From Mobula hypostoma (Eukaryota), in NCBI RefSeq assembly GCF_963921235.1, contig NC_086097.1, positions 179,616,001-179,680,000 on the forward strand: 64,000 bases of DNA, given 5' to 3'. Position numbers and translations under genes: made by a program. Shown in pieces: positions 53,691 to 64,000 of this stretch. Within the stretch, counting starts at the first letter, position 1, and the number at the start of each line of letters is the position of its first letter. Below the pieces are notes generated by a model. It was not told the origin of the DNA, did no database searches, and saw only the letters and a program-made list of their open reading frames with translations.

Positions 53691-54744
53691 CACGTATGTG
53701 AAGAACAGGAGTATGACTAGATTGAGGGTAGTAGGACCAATCAGGGATAGAAGAGGAAACAAGTGTCTAAAGGCAAAGAAGCTAGGGGAAGTCCTTAATG
53801 AAACTTTGCTTCAGTATTCATAGTGAGAGGGACTTTGACAAATGAGAGGATAGTGTAAAACAGGCTGATATGCTGCAACATGATGAAGTTACGAAAGAGG
53901 ATGTCCTGTAATGTTTGAAAAATATTAGGATAGTTAGCCAGTTGAGGTATATCCCATGTTACTATGGGAAGCGAAGGAAGAGGTTGCTGCACCCTTTGGT
54001 GATAAACTTTGTGCCCTCACTGGCCACAGGAGTAGTACCAGAGGATTGGGAGGATGTCAAATTTTCTTTCTTTTTCAATCTTTTTATTAAGTTTCAAGAT
54101 TAATAAACATGACAGTAATAGTAATGACACATATAGGGATTACAATAGCAACAGTTAACATGTACAAGCGACAAATACAGTTTAACCTCCCAATCTCATA
54201 GTAACTGACCATGAAAAAGATATTTTATAAAGAGAGAAAAAAGAAACCCCCTAAAACTAAAAAAAAAACGAGTAAACTAAAAAAAAAGAAACAAAGCTTG
54301 AAAGCTTGGGCTGTCATATTACATCGGTTAAAACTATTATTCGTCATTAACTCCGCTCCTCTATACATGAACAAAAAATTACTACAAAGGATTTAGAAAG
54401 GGTCAACTTACATCATATGAAAATATTGAATAAATGGCCTCCAAGTTTCTTCAAATTTAACTGAAGGATCCACAGTACCACTCCTAATTTTTTCCAAGTT
54501 TAGGCATGCTATCATTTGGGAAAACCATTGAAATGTAGTAGGGGGATTAGAATCTTTACATTTAAATAAAATGGATCTTCTAGCTATTAATGTAACAAAT
54601 GCAATTAGACGACAAGCTGACAAGGATAAACGACTAGAGTCTATCACTGGTAGTCCAAAAATTGCAGTAATAGGATGAGGTTGTAAATCAATATGCAGAA
54701 CTACTGAAATAATATCAAAAATATCTTTCCAATATTTTTTCAAG

Positions 54745-55870
54745 TCAAGTCGTCACTTTTTATTGTCATTTCAACCATAACTGCTGGTACAGAACATAGT
54801 AAAAATGAGACAACGTTTTCCAGGACCATGGTGTTACATGAAACAATACAAAAACTACACTGAACTACGTAAGAAAAAACACAAAAACTACACTAGACTA
54901 CAGACCTATCCAGGACTGCATAAAGTGCACAAAACAGTGCAGGCACTACAATAAATAATAAACAAGATAATAGGCACAGTAGTGGGTACAGTAGGTTGGT
55001 GTCAAGCCAGGCTCTGGGTATTGAGAAGACTGATGGTTTGGGGGAAGAAACTATTACATAGTCTGGTCGTGAGAGCCCGAATGCTTCGGTGCCTTTTTCC
55101 AGATGGCAGGAGGGAGAAGAGTTTATATGAGGGGTGCGTGGGGTCCTTCATAATGCTGTTTGCTTTACGGATGCAGTGTGTGGTGTTAATGTCTGTGATG
55201 ACTGGAAGAGACACCCCGATGATCTTCTCAGCTGACCTCACTATCCACTGCAGGGTCTTGCGATCCAAGATGGTGTAATTTCCGAACCAGGCCATGATGC
55301 AGTTGCTCAGGATGCTCTCAATACAACCTCTGTAGAATGTGGTGAGGATGGGGGGTGGGAGATGGACTTTTCTCAGCCTTCACAGGAAGTACAGACGCTG
55401 CTGGGCTTTCTTTGCTATGGAGCTGGTGCTCAGGGACCAGGTGAAATTCTCCGCCAGATGAACACCAAGAAATATGGTGCTCTTAACGATCTCTACGGAG
55501 GAGTCGTCAAAGTTCAATGGAGAGTGGTCACTCTGTGTCCTCCTGAAGTCAACAACCATCTCTTTTGTTTTGTTTTCAGATTCAGAGACAGGTTGTTGGC
55601 TCTGCACCAGTCCGTTAGCCGCTGCACCGCCTCTCTGTTTGCTGACTCATCATTCTTGCTGATGAGACCCACCACGGTCGTGCCATCGGCGAACTTGATG
55701 ATGTGGTTCGAGTTGTGTGTTGCAGCACAGTTGTGGGTCAGCAGAGTGAACAGCAGTGGACTGAGCACACAGCCCTTGGGGTGGGGGGGGGCTTGCTCAG
55801 TGTGATGGTGTTGGAGATGCTGCTTCCAATCTGGACTGACTGAGGTCTCCCAGTCTGGAAGACCTCAGTC
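54745..55870 (-). mobile_element. Rex1/Babar-like LINE, 5'-truncated, inserted into L1 ORF2
   Basis: [45 protein letters not shown]; (CAAGT)n-type tail. Confidence 0.88.
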
Positions 55871-58096
55871 TTTCTAGAAGAGGACAAGACCAGAACATAT
55901 GTGTCAAGGAAGCTACCTCAGAATTACATCTATCACAAACAGGATTTATGTGGCAGCAAAAATGAGCTAACTTATCCTTGGACATATGAGCCCAATGAAC
56001 CACCTTAATTTGTATCAAGGCGTATCTGGCACACATTGAGGAAGCATTGACTAATTGAAGAATTTTCTCCCATTTCTCTGTAGATAAAGATATTTAAAGT
56101 TCTATTTCCCACTCATTCTTAATTTTATCAGATGTACCTAGAAGTATTTTCGTAATCAGATCATAAATAATTGCTATTAAACTCTTCTGATAAGGGTTTA
56201 AACCTAAAATTTTTTCTATAACTTCAATTTGATGCAATATCGGAAAGGTAGATAAAGTAGCATTCAAAAAGTTTCTAGTCTGTAAATATCTGAAAAAGTG
56301 TGCTCTAGGCAAATTATATTTATTAGTCAACTGTTCGTAAGACATAAAACAATCATCCATGAATAAATCACGAAAACATGTTATTCCTTTTGTTTTCCAT
56401 AGAAGAAAAGCTTGATCAATTCTAGAAGGTTGAAAGAAAAAATTAGATATAATAGAACTTGACAGGATCCAAAGAATTTACAAAATTGAAACCATATTCG
56501 TATTGTATGTTTAATTATTGGATTTATCATTTGTTTATTCAATTTAGTAAGTGCAAAGGGAAGCGCAACTCCTAGAATAGAAGCCAGCAAAAATCCTTGT
56601 CTAGATTCCCGCTCGAAGTTCATCCATCGTGGACATTGAGCTTCATCTAATTCTCGTGTCCACAACCTTAACTATCAAATGTTAATTGCCCAGTAGTAAA
56701 ATCTAAGATTTTGCAAAGCCAAACCGCCTTTCTTTTTGATTTCTGTAAGTATTTCTTACTTAACCTGGAATTTCTAGTCTGCTATATACATGAAGGAATT
56801 TTAGAATCAATAGTATCAAAAAGAGATTTAGGGATATAGATACAGAAATGTAGGTAAAATAATCATCTTAATAGTATTAATTTGACCAATCAAAGATAAA
56901 GACAATGGTGACCATTTAGTAAACAGTTTAACATGATCAATTAAGGGTAAAAAAATTAACTTTAAATAGATCCTTATCCTTCTTAGTAATTTTAACACCC
57001 AAATAAGTAAAATAATCAGTAACTAATCTAAATGGTAATTGTCTATAAATTGGAACTTGCATATTTAATGGGAAAAGCACACTCTTATCAAGATTCAGTT
57101 TATAACCAGAAAAACTACTCAACTGAGCAAATAGTGTTATTACTGCAGGAATGGATTTCTCTGGGTTGGAGATGTATATTAACAGGTCATCTGCATATAG
57201 TGATACTTTATGCATCCCATTCCCACGAATAATGCCAAATATATTAGGTGAATCATGAATAGCAATTGCCAAGGGCTCCAGGGCAATATCAAAAAGGGCT
57301 TAAAGGACAGCCCTGTCTAGTACCTCGAAAAAGCCTAAAAAACGGGGATCTCTGATTATTGGTAAATACAGCAGCCAGAGGTGTACGACATATCAATTGA
57401 ATCTAGGATATAAATTTTGAGCTGAAATTAAATTTCTCAAATATATCAAATAAATATTCCCATTCAAGTCTGTCGAATGCCTTTTCAGCGTCAAGCGAAA
57501 TAACACAGTTTTAACTGAAGTAGGGTATACAATGTTTATTAGCCTCCTAACATTAAACTGTGACTAACGATCTTTAATCAATCCTGTCTGATCTTCGGAG
57601 ACTATTTGTGGTAGTACCTTCTCTATTCTAATTGCTAATATTTTGGAAAAGATTTTAGAATCCACATTCAACAAAGATATAGGTCTACATGATGCACATT
57701 CAGTGGGATCTTTATCTTTTTTAGGAATTAATGAGATAGATGCTTCTTAAGAGGATTGTGGTAATTTACCTACAGATAAGGCATCTTTAAAAATTCTACG
57801 TAACCAGGGAGAAAGTACGTCTGAAAAAGATTTATAAAATTCAACCGTATACCCATCCGGGCCAGATGCTTTACTAGAATTCATTGGAAAAAATTGCTTT
57901 CTTTATTTCCTCTTCAGTAATGGGTGCATCTAATGTTAAACGTTCATCAGCTGGTAATTTCGGAATATTTAGTTTCTTTAAAAATTCAGGCATTATGGTA
58001 GGTTCATCAGGAAATTGACTGATATAAATTGGTATAAAATTCTTGAAAAGATTTATTAATTTCATCATGGTCAACCATCAAATTACCATCTCGTCT

Positions 58097-58600
58097 CAGT
58101 CTCTCAGTCAGTCAGTCAGTGGGTGCCGTCCCAAATCCGGGGTTGGTGGCTATGCAGCTCCATCTTCTCCGATCTTGCGACAGCACCGAGTACAGCCTCT
58201 CCTCCAGTTTGTTCTCGCAGGCCGCCTTGGCACCGCCTACCCCCGCCGAACTCAAGCTCGAGGCCGTATCGGCCTCCAGCTGCGGCTGCTTCTTCGAGCT
58301 CGGCCCTTCCTTAGGCGGAGGCCTTGGGTAGGTCCAGCACCCAAATTCATCATGTCTTTTCTAACTAGGTGCATAGCATACGATTTGTAGATACATGGTG
58401 AGGCTTTAATCTCTTCCACGGAAAATGGCCGTTGGCTCACATGGAACTCATCCGCCTTTTGTCAGGTCTTGTATTTTTTAGTCCTGCAGGGTGTCCTCAC
58501 ATCCTCCTCACCAGACTAAGGCCAAGTCACCGATCACTCGACCACGGCCCCCCGCCGAATCTGTCCGAGCCACAGGCGCCCGACCGAAAACTTACGATAA
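58097..58600 (-). mobile_element. CpG-rich unclassified SINE-like retroposon with an RTE-like 3' end and a (TGAC)n tail
   Basis: The minus strand ends ...CAAGATCGGAGAAGATGG (QDRRRW)...GGGACGGCACCC ACTGACTGACTGACTG; A-box-like GGCCGTGGTCGAGTG near the head. Confidence 0.55.
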
Positions 58601-58609
58601 CATGGTGGC

Positions 58610-60170
58610 AAAATTGAAAAGGATGATAAATACAGGACTGAAGGTATTTGAATGATTGCACCATATGGAATAAGATAAATAATCTTGTAGTGCATTTAGC
58701 GATCAGCAGGTACGATGTGAGCATTACTGAGTCATGGCTGAAAGATCATAGTTGGAAACTTAACATCCAACGATACACATTATATTGAAAGGGCAGGTGG
58801 GTGGGGGGGGGCTCTGCTGGTAAAAAATGAAATCAAATCTTCAGAAAGAGATGACATAGGATTGGAAGATGTAGAATCACTGCAGGTCAAGGTAAGGACT
58901 GCAAGGGTAGAAAGACCTTGATGGGAGTTACAGTATATACAGGCCTCCGAATTGTAACCAGGATGTGGGGTACAACTTACAATAGGAGATAGAAAAGGCA
59001 TGTCAAAAGGGCAATGTTACAATAGTCATGGGGTATTTTAATAGATTGGGAAAATCAGGTTGATGTTGAATCCCATGAGAAGGAATTTGTGGAATACCTG
59101 AAATGATTTTTAGAGCAACTTGTGGTTGAGCCTGCCAGGGAAAAGGCAGTTCTCGTTTGGATGTTGTGTAATGTACCAGATTTGATCAGGGAGCTGAAGG
59201 TAAAAGAATCCCTGGGAGGCAGTTATCATAATATGATAGAATTCATCATGCAGTTTGAGATAGAAAAGCTAAAATCAGATGTAGCAGCAGTAATGTAAGG
59301 TAAAGGAAACTACAGAGGCATGAGAGTGAAGTTGGCTGAAGTTGATTGGAAGGGGCCACAAGCAGGGATGACGACAGAACGGCAACGGCTGGAGTTTCTG
59401 GGAGCAATTTTGAAAGTGCAGGATAGATACATCCCAAAGAAGAAGTATTCTAAAAGGGAAGATAAGGCTACCCTGGCTGACAAAGGTAGTCAATAACAGT
59501 ATAAAAGCAAAATAGAAAAAATTAGTGGGAAGCTAGAGGATTGAGAAGCTCTTAAAAACCAACAGAAAGCAACTAAGAAAAAATAACAAGGAGAGAAAAG
59601 ATGAAATAGGAAGGTAAGCTAGCCAATAATATCAAAGAGGATATCAAAAGTTCTCCCCCCCCCCAGATATATACAGTAAAGAGTAAAAGAGAAGCGAGAA
59701 TAGATAACGGACAGCTGGAAGAGTATGTTGGAGAGGTACTATTGGGGCCCAAAAATGGCAGACAAAACTTATTTTGCATTGGTCTTTACTGTGGAAGACA
59801 CCATCAGTATGCCAGAAATTTTAAAGTGTCAGGCAGAAGTGAGTGTAGTTGCTATTTCTAAGGAGAAAGTGCTTGGAAATCTGAAAGGTCTGAAGGTAAA
59901 GATGGAGTACACCACAGGGTTCAGAAAGAGGTAGCTGAAGAGACTGTGGAAGTATTAGTAATGATCTTTCAAGAATCACTAGATTGTGCAATGGTATTGG
60001 AGGATTGAAAACATGCAAATCTCACTCCTCTCTTTATTTAAGGGAGGGAAGCAAAACAAAAGAAATTATAAGCCAGTTAACCAGATTTAAGTGGTTGGGA
60101 AGATGATGGAGTCCATTATTAAGCATGAGGTTTTAGGGTACTTGGAGGCACATGATAAAATAGGCCAAAG
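58610..60170 (+). mobile_element. Degenerate CR1 ORF2 fragment (endonuclease to start of RT) lacking its 3' end
   Basis: YDVSITESWL, NYKPV..SVVGKMMESII, AHDKIGQS. Confidence 0.75.
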
Positions 60171-60856
60171 TCCCGTCTATGAACTTTATTAATCTGGTGT
60201 TTCGCCAAAGCAGCTTTCAATTGATTAGCCAGTAATTTACCCGATTTATCACCATGTATGTAAAATTGACTCTTAGTTTTAAGTAACTGATTTTCAATTG
60301 GGGCTGCTAATAACAGTCTATGTTGCATCTGAAGTTCAACTCTCTCTTTATAAAGCTCCAAATTAGGAGCAATAGAATATTTTTTATCAATTTCTTTAAT
60401 CTTATCAGCCAGAGTATGTACTTCACTATTAATACGTTATTTCACTCCAGCAGAGTATGAAATAATTTGCCCACGGATATATACTTTAAAGGTATCCCAT
60501 AATATCCTAATGGATATTTCTTCCATTGAGTTAGATGTAAAGAAAAATTCAATCTGTTCTTTAACAAAATTATCAAAATTTTAATCCTGAAGCAAAATAG
60601 AATTAAACTGCCATTGTCTAGTACTAAGAATTGCATCCCTAAATTTAATTGATAATTTCAAAGGCGCATGGTCGGAAATGGTGATTGTATCATACTTACA
60701 GGTAGTGACAAATTGAGAATCAATAAAAAGTAATCAATTCTAGAGTAATTATGATATACATGAGAAAAGAAAAAGAACTCTTTATCCTTAGGATATAAAA
60801 ACCTCCAAACGTCTAAAATTCCTGAGTCAACTAAAAAGGAATTAATAAAAATAGCA

Positions 60857-61877
60857 AACACAAGGAAATCTGCAGATACATCAAAGTTGCTGGTGAACGC
60901 AGCAGGCCAGGCAGCATCTATAGGAAGAGGCGCAGTCGACGTTTCAGGCCGAGACCCTTCGTCAGGACTAACTGAAGGAAGAGTGAGTAAGGGATTTGAA
61001 AGCTGGAGGAGGAGGGGAGATGCAAAATGATAGGAGAAGACAGGAGGGGGAGGGATGGAGCCGAGAGCTGGACAGGTGATAGGCAGAAGGGGATACGAGA
61101 GGATCATGGGACAGGAGGTCCGGGAAGAAAGACGGGGGGGGGTGACCCAGAGGATGGGCAAGAGGTATATTCAGAGGGACAGAGGGAGAAAAAGGAGAGT
61201 GAGAGAAAGAATGTGTGCATTAAAAAGAGTAACAGATGGGGTACGAGGGGGAGGTGGGGCCTAGCGGAAGTTAGAGAAGTCAATGTTCATGCCATCAGGT
61301 TGGAGGCTACCCATACGGAATATAAGGTGTTGTTCCTCCAACCTGAGTGTGGCTTCATCTTTACAGTAGAGGAGGCCGTGGATAGACATGTCAGAATGGG
61401 AATGGGATGTGGAATTAAAATGTGTGGCCACTGGGAGATCCTGCTTTCTCTGGCGGACAGAGCGTAGATGTTCAGCAAAGCGGTCTCCCAGTCTGCGTCG
61501 GGTCTCACCAATATATAAAAGGCCACATCGGGAGCACCGGACGCAGTATATCACCCCAGTCGACTCACAGGTGAAGTGATGCCTCACCTGGAAGGACTGT
61601 TTGGGGCCCTGAATGGTGGTAAGGGAGGAAGTGTAAGGGCATGTGTAGCACTTGTTCCGCTTACACGGATAAGTGCCAGGAGGGAGATCAGTGGGGAGGG
61701 ATGGGGGGGACGAATGGACAAGGGAGTTGTGTAGGGAGCGATCCCTGCGGAATGCAGAGAGAGGGAGGGAGGGAAAGATATGCTTAGTGGTGGGAAGTTG
61801 CTGGTGAACGCAGCAGGCCAGGCAGCATCTCTAGGTAGAGGTACAGTCGACGTTTTGGGCCAAGACCCTTCGTCAGG
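60857..61877 (-). mobile_element. Penelope-like element copy 3 inserted into the L1 endonuclease domain
   Basis: 10-bp TSD AAAAATAGCA at 60847-60856 / 61878-61887 (removal restores L1 NKSAIFINSF); GIY-YIG ORF end; a second hammerhead-bearing fragment at 61795-61877. Confidence 0.93.
60933..60970 (-). ncRNA. Minimal type I hammerhead ribozyme motif (PLE copy 3)
   Basis: Reverse complement TAGTCCTGACGAAGGGTCTCGGCCTGAAACGTCGACTG. Confidence 0.85.
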
Positions 61878-64000
61878 AAAAATAGCAGATTTGTTTGGAA
61901 GTGCCTGATTGGGTGCAGACCTAGCCATCATAGGATTCAAACAACAATTAAAATCACTGCCCATTAGTAACATATATTCATTTAAATTGGGAAGAGATAC
62001 AAATAAATGCTTAAAAAATTCAGGATAATCAATATTTGGTGCATAAACATTAACCAAAACTACTCTTTGGTTATAAAGTAAACCAGTAATTAATAGAAAT
62101 CTACCATATGGGTCTGAGATTATATCATAATGAATAAATGAGATCAAAGAATCTATAAAAATGGAAACACCTTTCACTTTGGTCGATGAGTTTGAATGAA
62201 ACTGTTACACCTTCCAAAACCAAAAAAAGACACTGATTATCCTCCTTCCTCACGAGTCTCCTGCGCAAAAATAATCTGAGCATTCAATCTATGAAAAACT
62301 TTTTAAAAAACTTCTTCCGTTTAATTGGATGATTCATACCATTCGTATTCCATGAAACAAAGTAATAATATTATCCATTTTCCTTAAATAAACCATAAGG
62401 TAAGTAAAGGGTTAACCAAATTGCGCAGGAACCTCACAAATTAGGAAGAGGAACAAAAAGGAAGTTACGACAATACAGACATTTTTGTAGTTTCATGTCA
62501 GCTCAAGTGAAGAAAAATAAAGTAAAAACAACCTCCTCCCCCTCCCACAAAGCCCCAAAACCTGGCCAATAGGCAGCCAGTAAACTACCTAAGAACCACC
62601 CAATCCCCATCTCTCTTGACGGCAAATCTCCAATTCTAAAAAATAAAATAAAAACTACCCATAGTTGAAACATTGCAATAGGAATACCAAACACAGTTAG
62701 ATGAAAAAACAACCCTTTGCAGACCATTTCAAAAGACCTGGTCTTAAGAAATAAAAGAGTACAATCTTAATAATATTTCAAGAAAAAAATCAAATAATCA
62801 CCAAGTTAGAGTCTTAATAATTTTCTAAAACAGACATTTAAAAAAAAGAAAAATAAAATAATCAAGGATAAGAAAAGGGATATTAACATAGAGCAAACAA
62901 AAGCAAAAACAAAATACCAGAGGACTCAACCCAAGGCCAAAGCTCTACGAACGTAAAATGTCCGAATCTATAAGCTGGTTATTAACTAATAAACCAGGTG
63001 TATACAAACTTAAAGAATGGTAAATTAATTAAACATCCGAGCTCAAGGAATGTTCTTCGAAAAATTGTTGTGTGTCGTCCACGGATTTAAACTATTTAAA
63101 CAAATTATCGGGTAAAACAACTCTTAAGCGGGTGGGGTATAGCAACGCCGGTTGAAAATTCCTTTGATATAGTTCCGACATCACCGATTTAAAACGCGAT
63201 TTTTCTTGCCATACCTCAGGGTGATAATCTTCAACCAAACGAAACTTAAGATTTTGATGTACAAGAATTCCTCTCCGACGAGCAATTCAAATTAAGTGCT
63301 CCTTAGTACTCACATAGTGAAATCGGAGAATTACAGGACGCGGATGTAACTCTCTCGAAGGTTTCGGTCTTAGCGATCGATGCACGCTATCGAGTACCGA
63401 AGGAGAGGAGAAGACCTCTGAGCCAAAGACTTCCATTAAGAATTGAGAAAAAAATTTAGTAAGGTCCCCGCTCTCAATGTCTTCACTAAGTCTATTATTC
63501 GCAAATTCTGTCTGCGACTACGATTCTCCAAATCAATAATCTTGGCTTTATACTGCTCTGATGTACGAGAAGTCGAATTTAATTTCTCTTCCAAAGCGTT
63601 CATTCTGGAATACCTCTGTTTCCCCTCTTCAATAAGCTCTGAAATTTGCCGTTGCTGTTTTTCGCTCTCTTTTCCAAGTGCTATTAATTTGCTTTGATTC
63701 TCCTTCAACATTACTTCCAATGTAGCGAATCTCTTGTCGAGTTTTTCATCCAATAAATTCGAGATAGCTTGCGAAGTAAGTTGAGGCTGTTTAGGTTGTT
63801 CGAAGTACCTTCCTTCTTCCCATTTCCATTATCAGTTTCTTTGCCTTTGGCTAATGCCTTTCTTAGTCTGGTAGACATTTCCGTCAATTAAAGTTCAAAA
63901 TTCAAACACATAAAGGTGTTAAAAACACTTTGATATATATAATAGAAGGGTGATAAGAAAATTGAAAAATGTCCGGAGCCCAGCCAAAATATGACCTACT

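Larger units (their letters stand above)
54060..64000 (-). mobile_element. Near-full-length degraded L1-clade LINE (ORF1 ~63878-63040; ORF2 ~62378-54408) with three nested insertions
   Basis: ORF1 IIDLENRSRRQNLRII; ORF2 endonuclease SDPYGRF, LVNVYAPN, YSRIDYF; RT LYADDLL; HMFWSCP; AATAAA with an A-rich tail at ~54060-54090. The 5' UTR runs to the window end. Confidence 0.92.

Noticed and set aside
58480..58525. Hammerhead on the minus strand (TTAGT CTGGTGA ... GACTAA)
   Set aside because: The core is CUGGUGA with no GAAA or cleavage triplet in register.
61584..62177. 197-aa ORF as an L1-endonuclease fusion protein
   Set aside because: It is a chance in-frame junction of L1 with the inserted PLE; the upstream L1 frame is broken.
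38889..64000. TTC39C exon 1 or promoter
   Set aside because: I found no match to the expected N-terminal peptide (MLLNNGF...); the only CpG-rich patch (58120-58600) belongs to a retroposon.

Overview
Repeat-dense eukaryotic (vertebrate) DNA, most consistent with a cartilaginous fish, probably a ray. This is inferred from the mix of CR1, Rex1, Penelope and V-SINE repeats and is not proven. The only host gene I can support is TTC39C on the minus strand: eight internal coding exons (orthologous exons ~2-9, 38888 down to 2544), all GT-AG and phase-consistent. Exon 1 and the 3' exons lie outside the window. The introns are filled with nested mobile DNA: a HERO-like restriction-endonuclease LINE, Neptune-type Penelope-like elements (PLEs) carrying minimal hammerhead ribozymes, many CR1 copies, two L1-clade elements (one nearly full length), Rex1/Babar, RTE and L2 relics, Charlie/Buster-type hAT elements carrying a captured CR1 tail, a solo LTR and tRNA-derived SINEs. 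The most striking observation is at the 3' end of the HERO-like LINE (1796-1864). It contains all three strands of a hammerhead ribozyme in a rearranged order that is not a circular permutation, plus an extra pseudoknot helix. No ribozyme activity or family assignment could be tested here; these calls rest on motif recognition and base-pairing read by eye.
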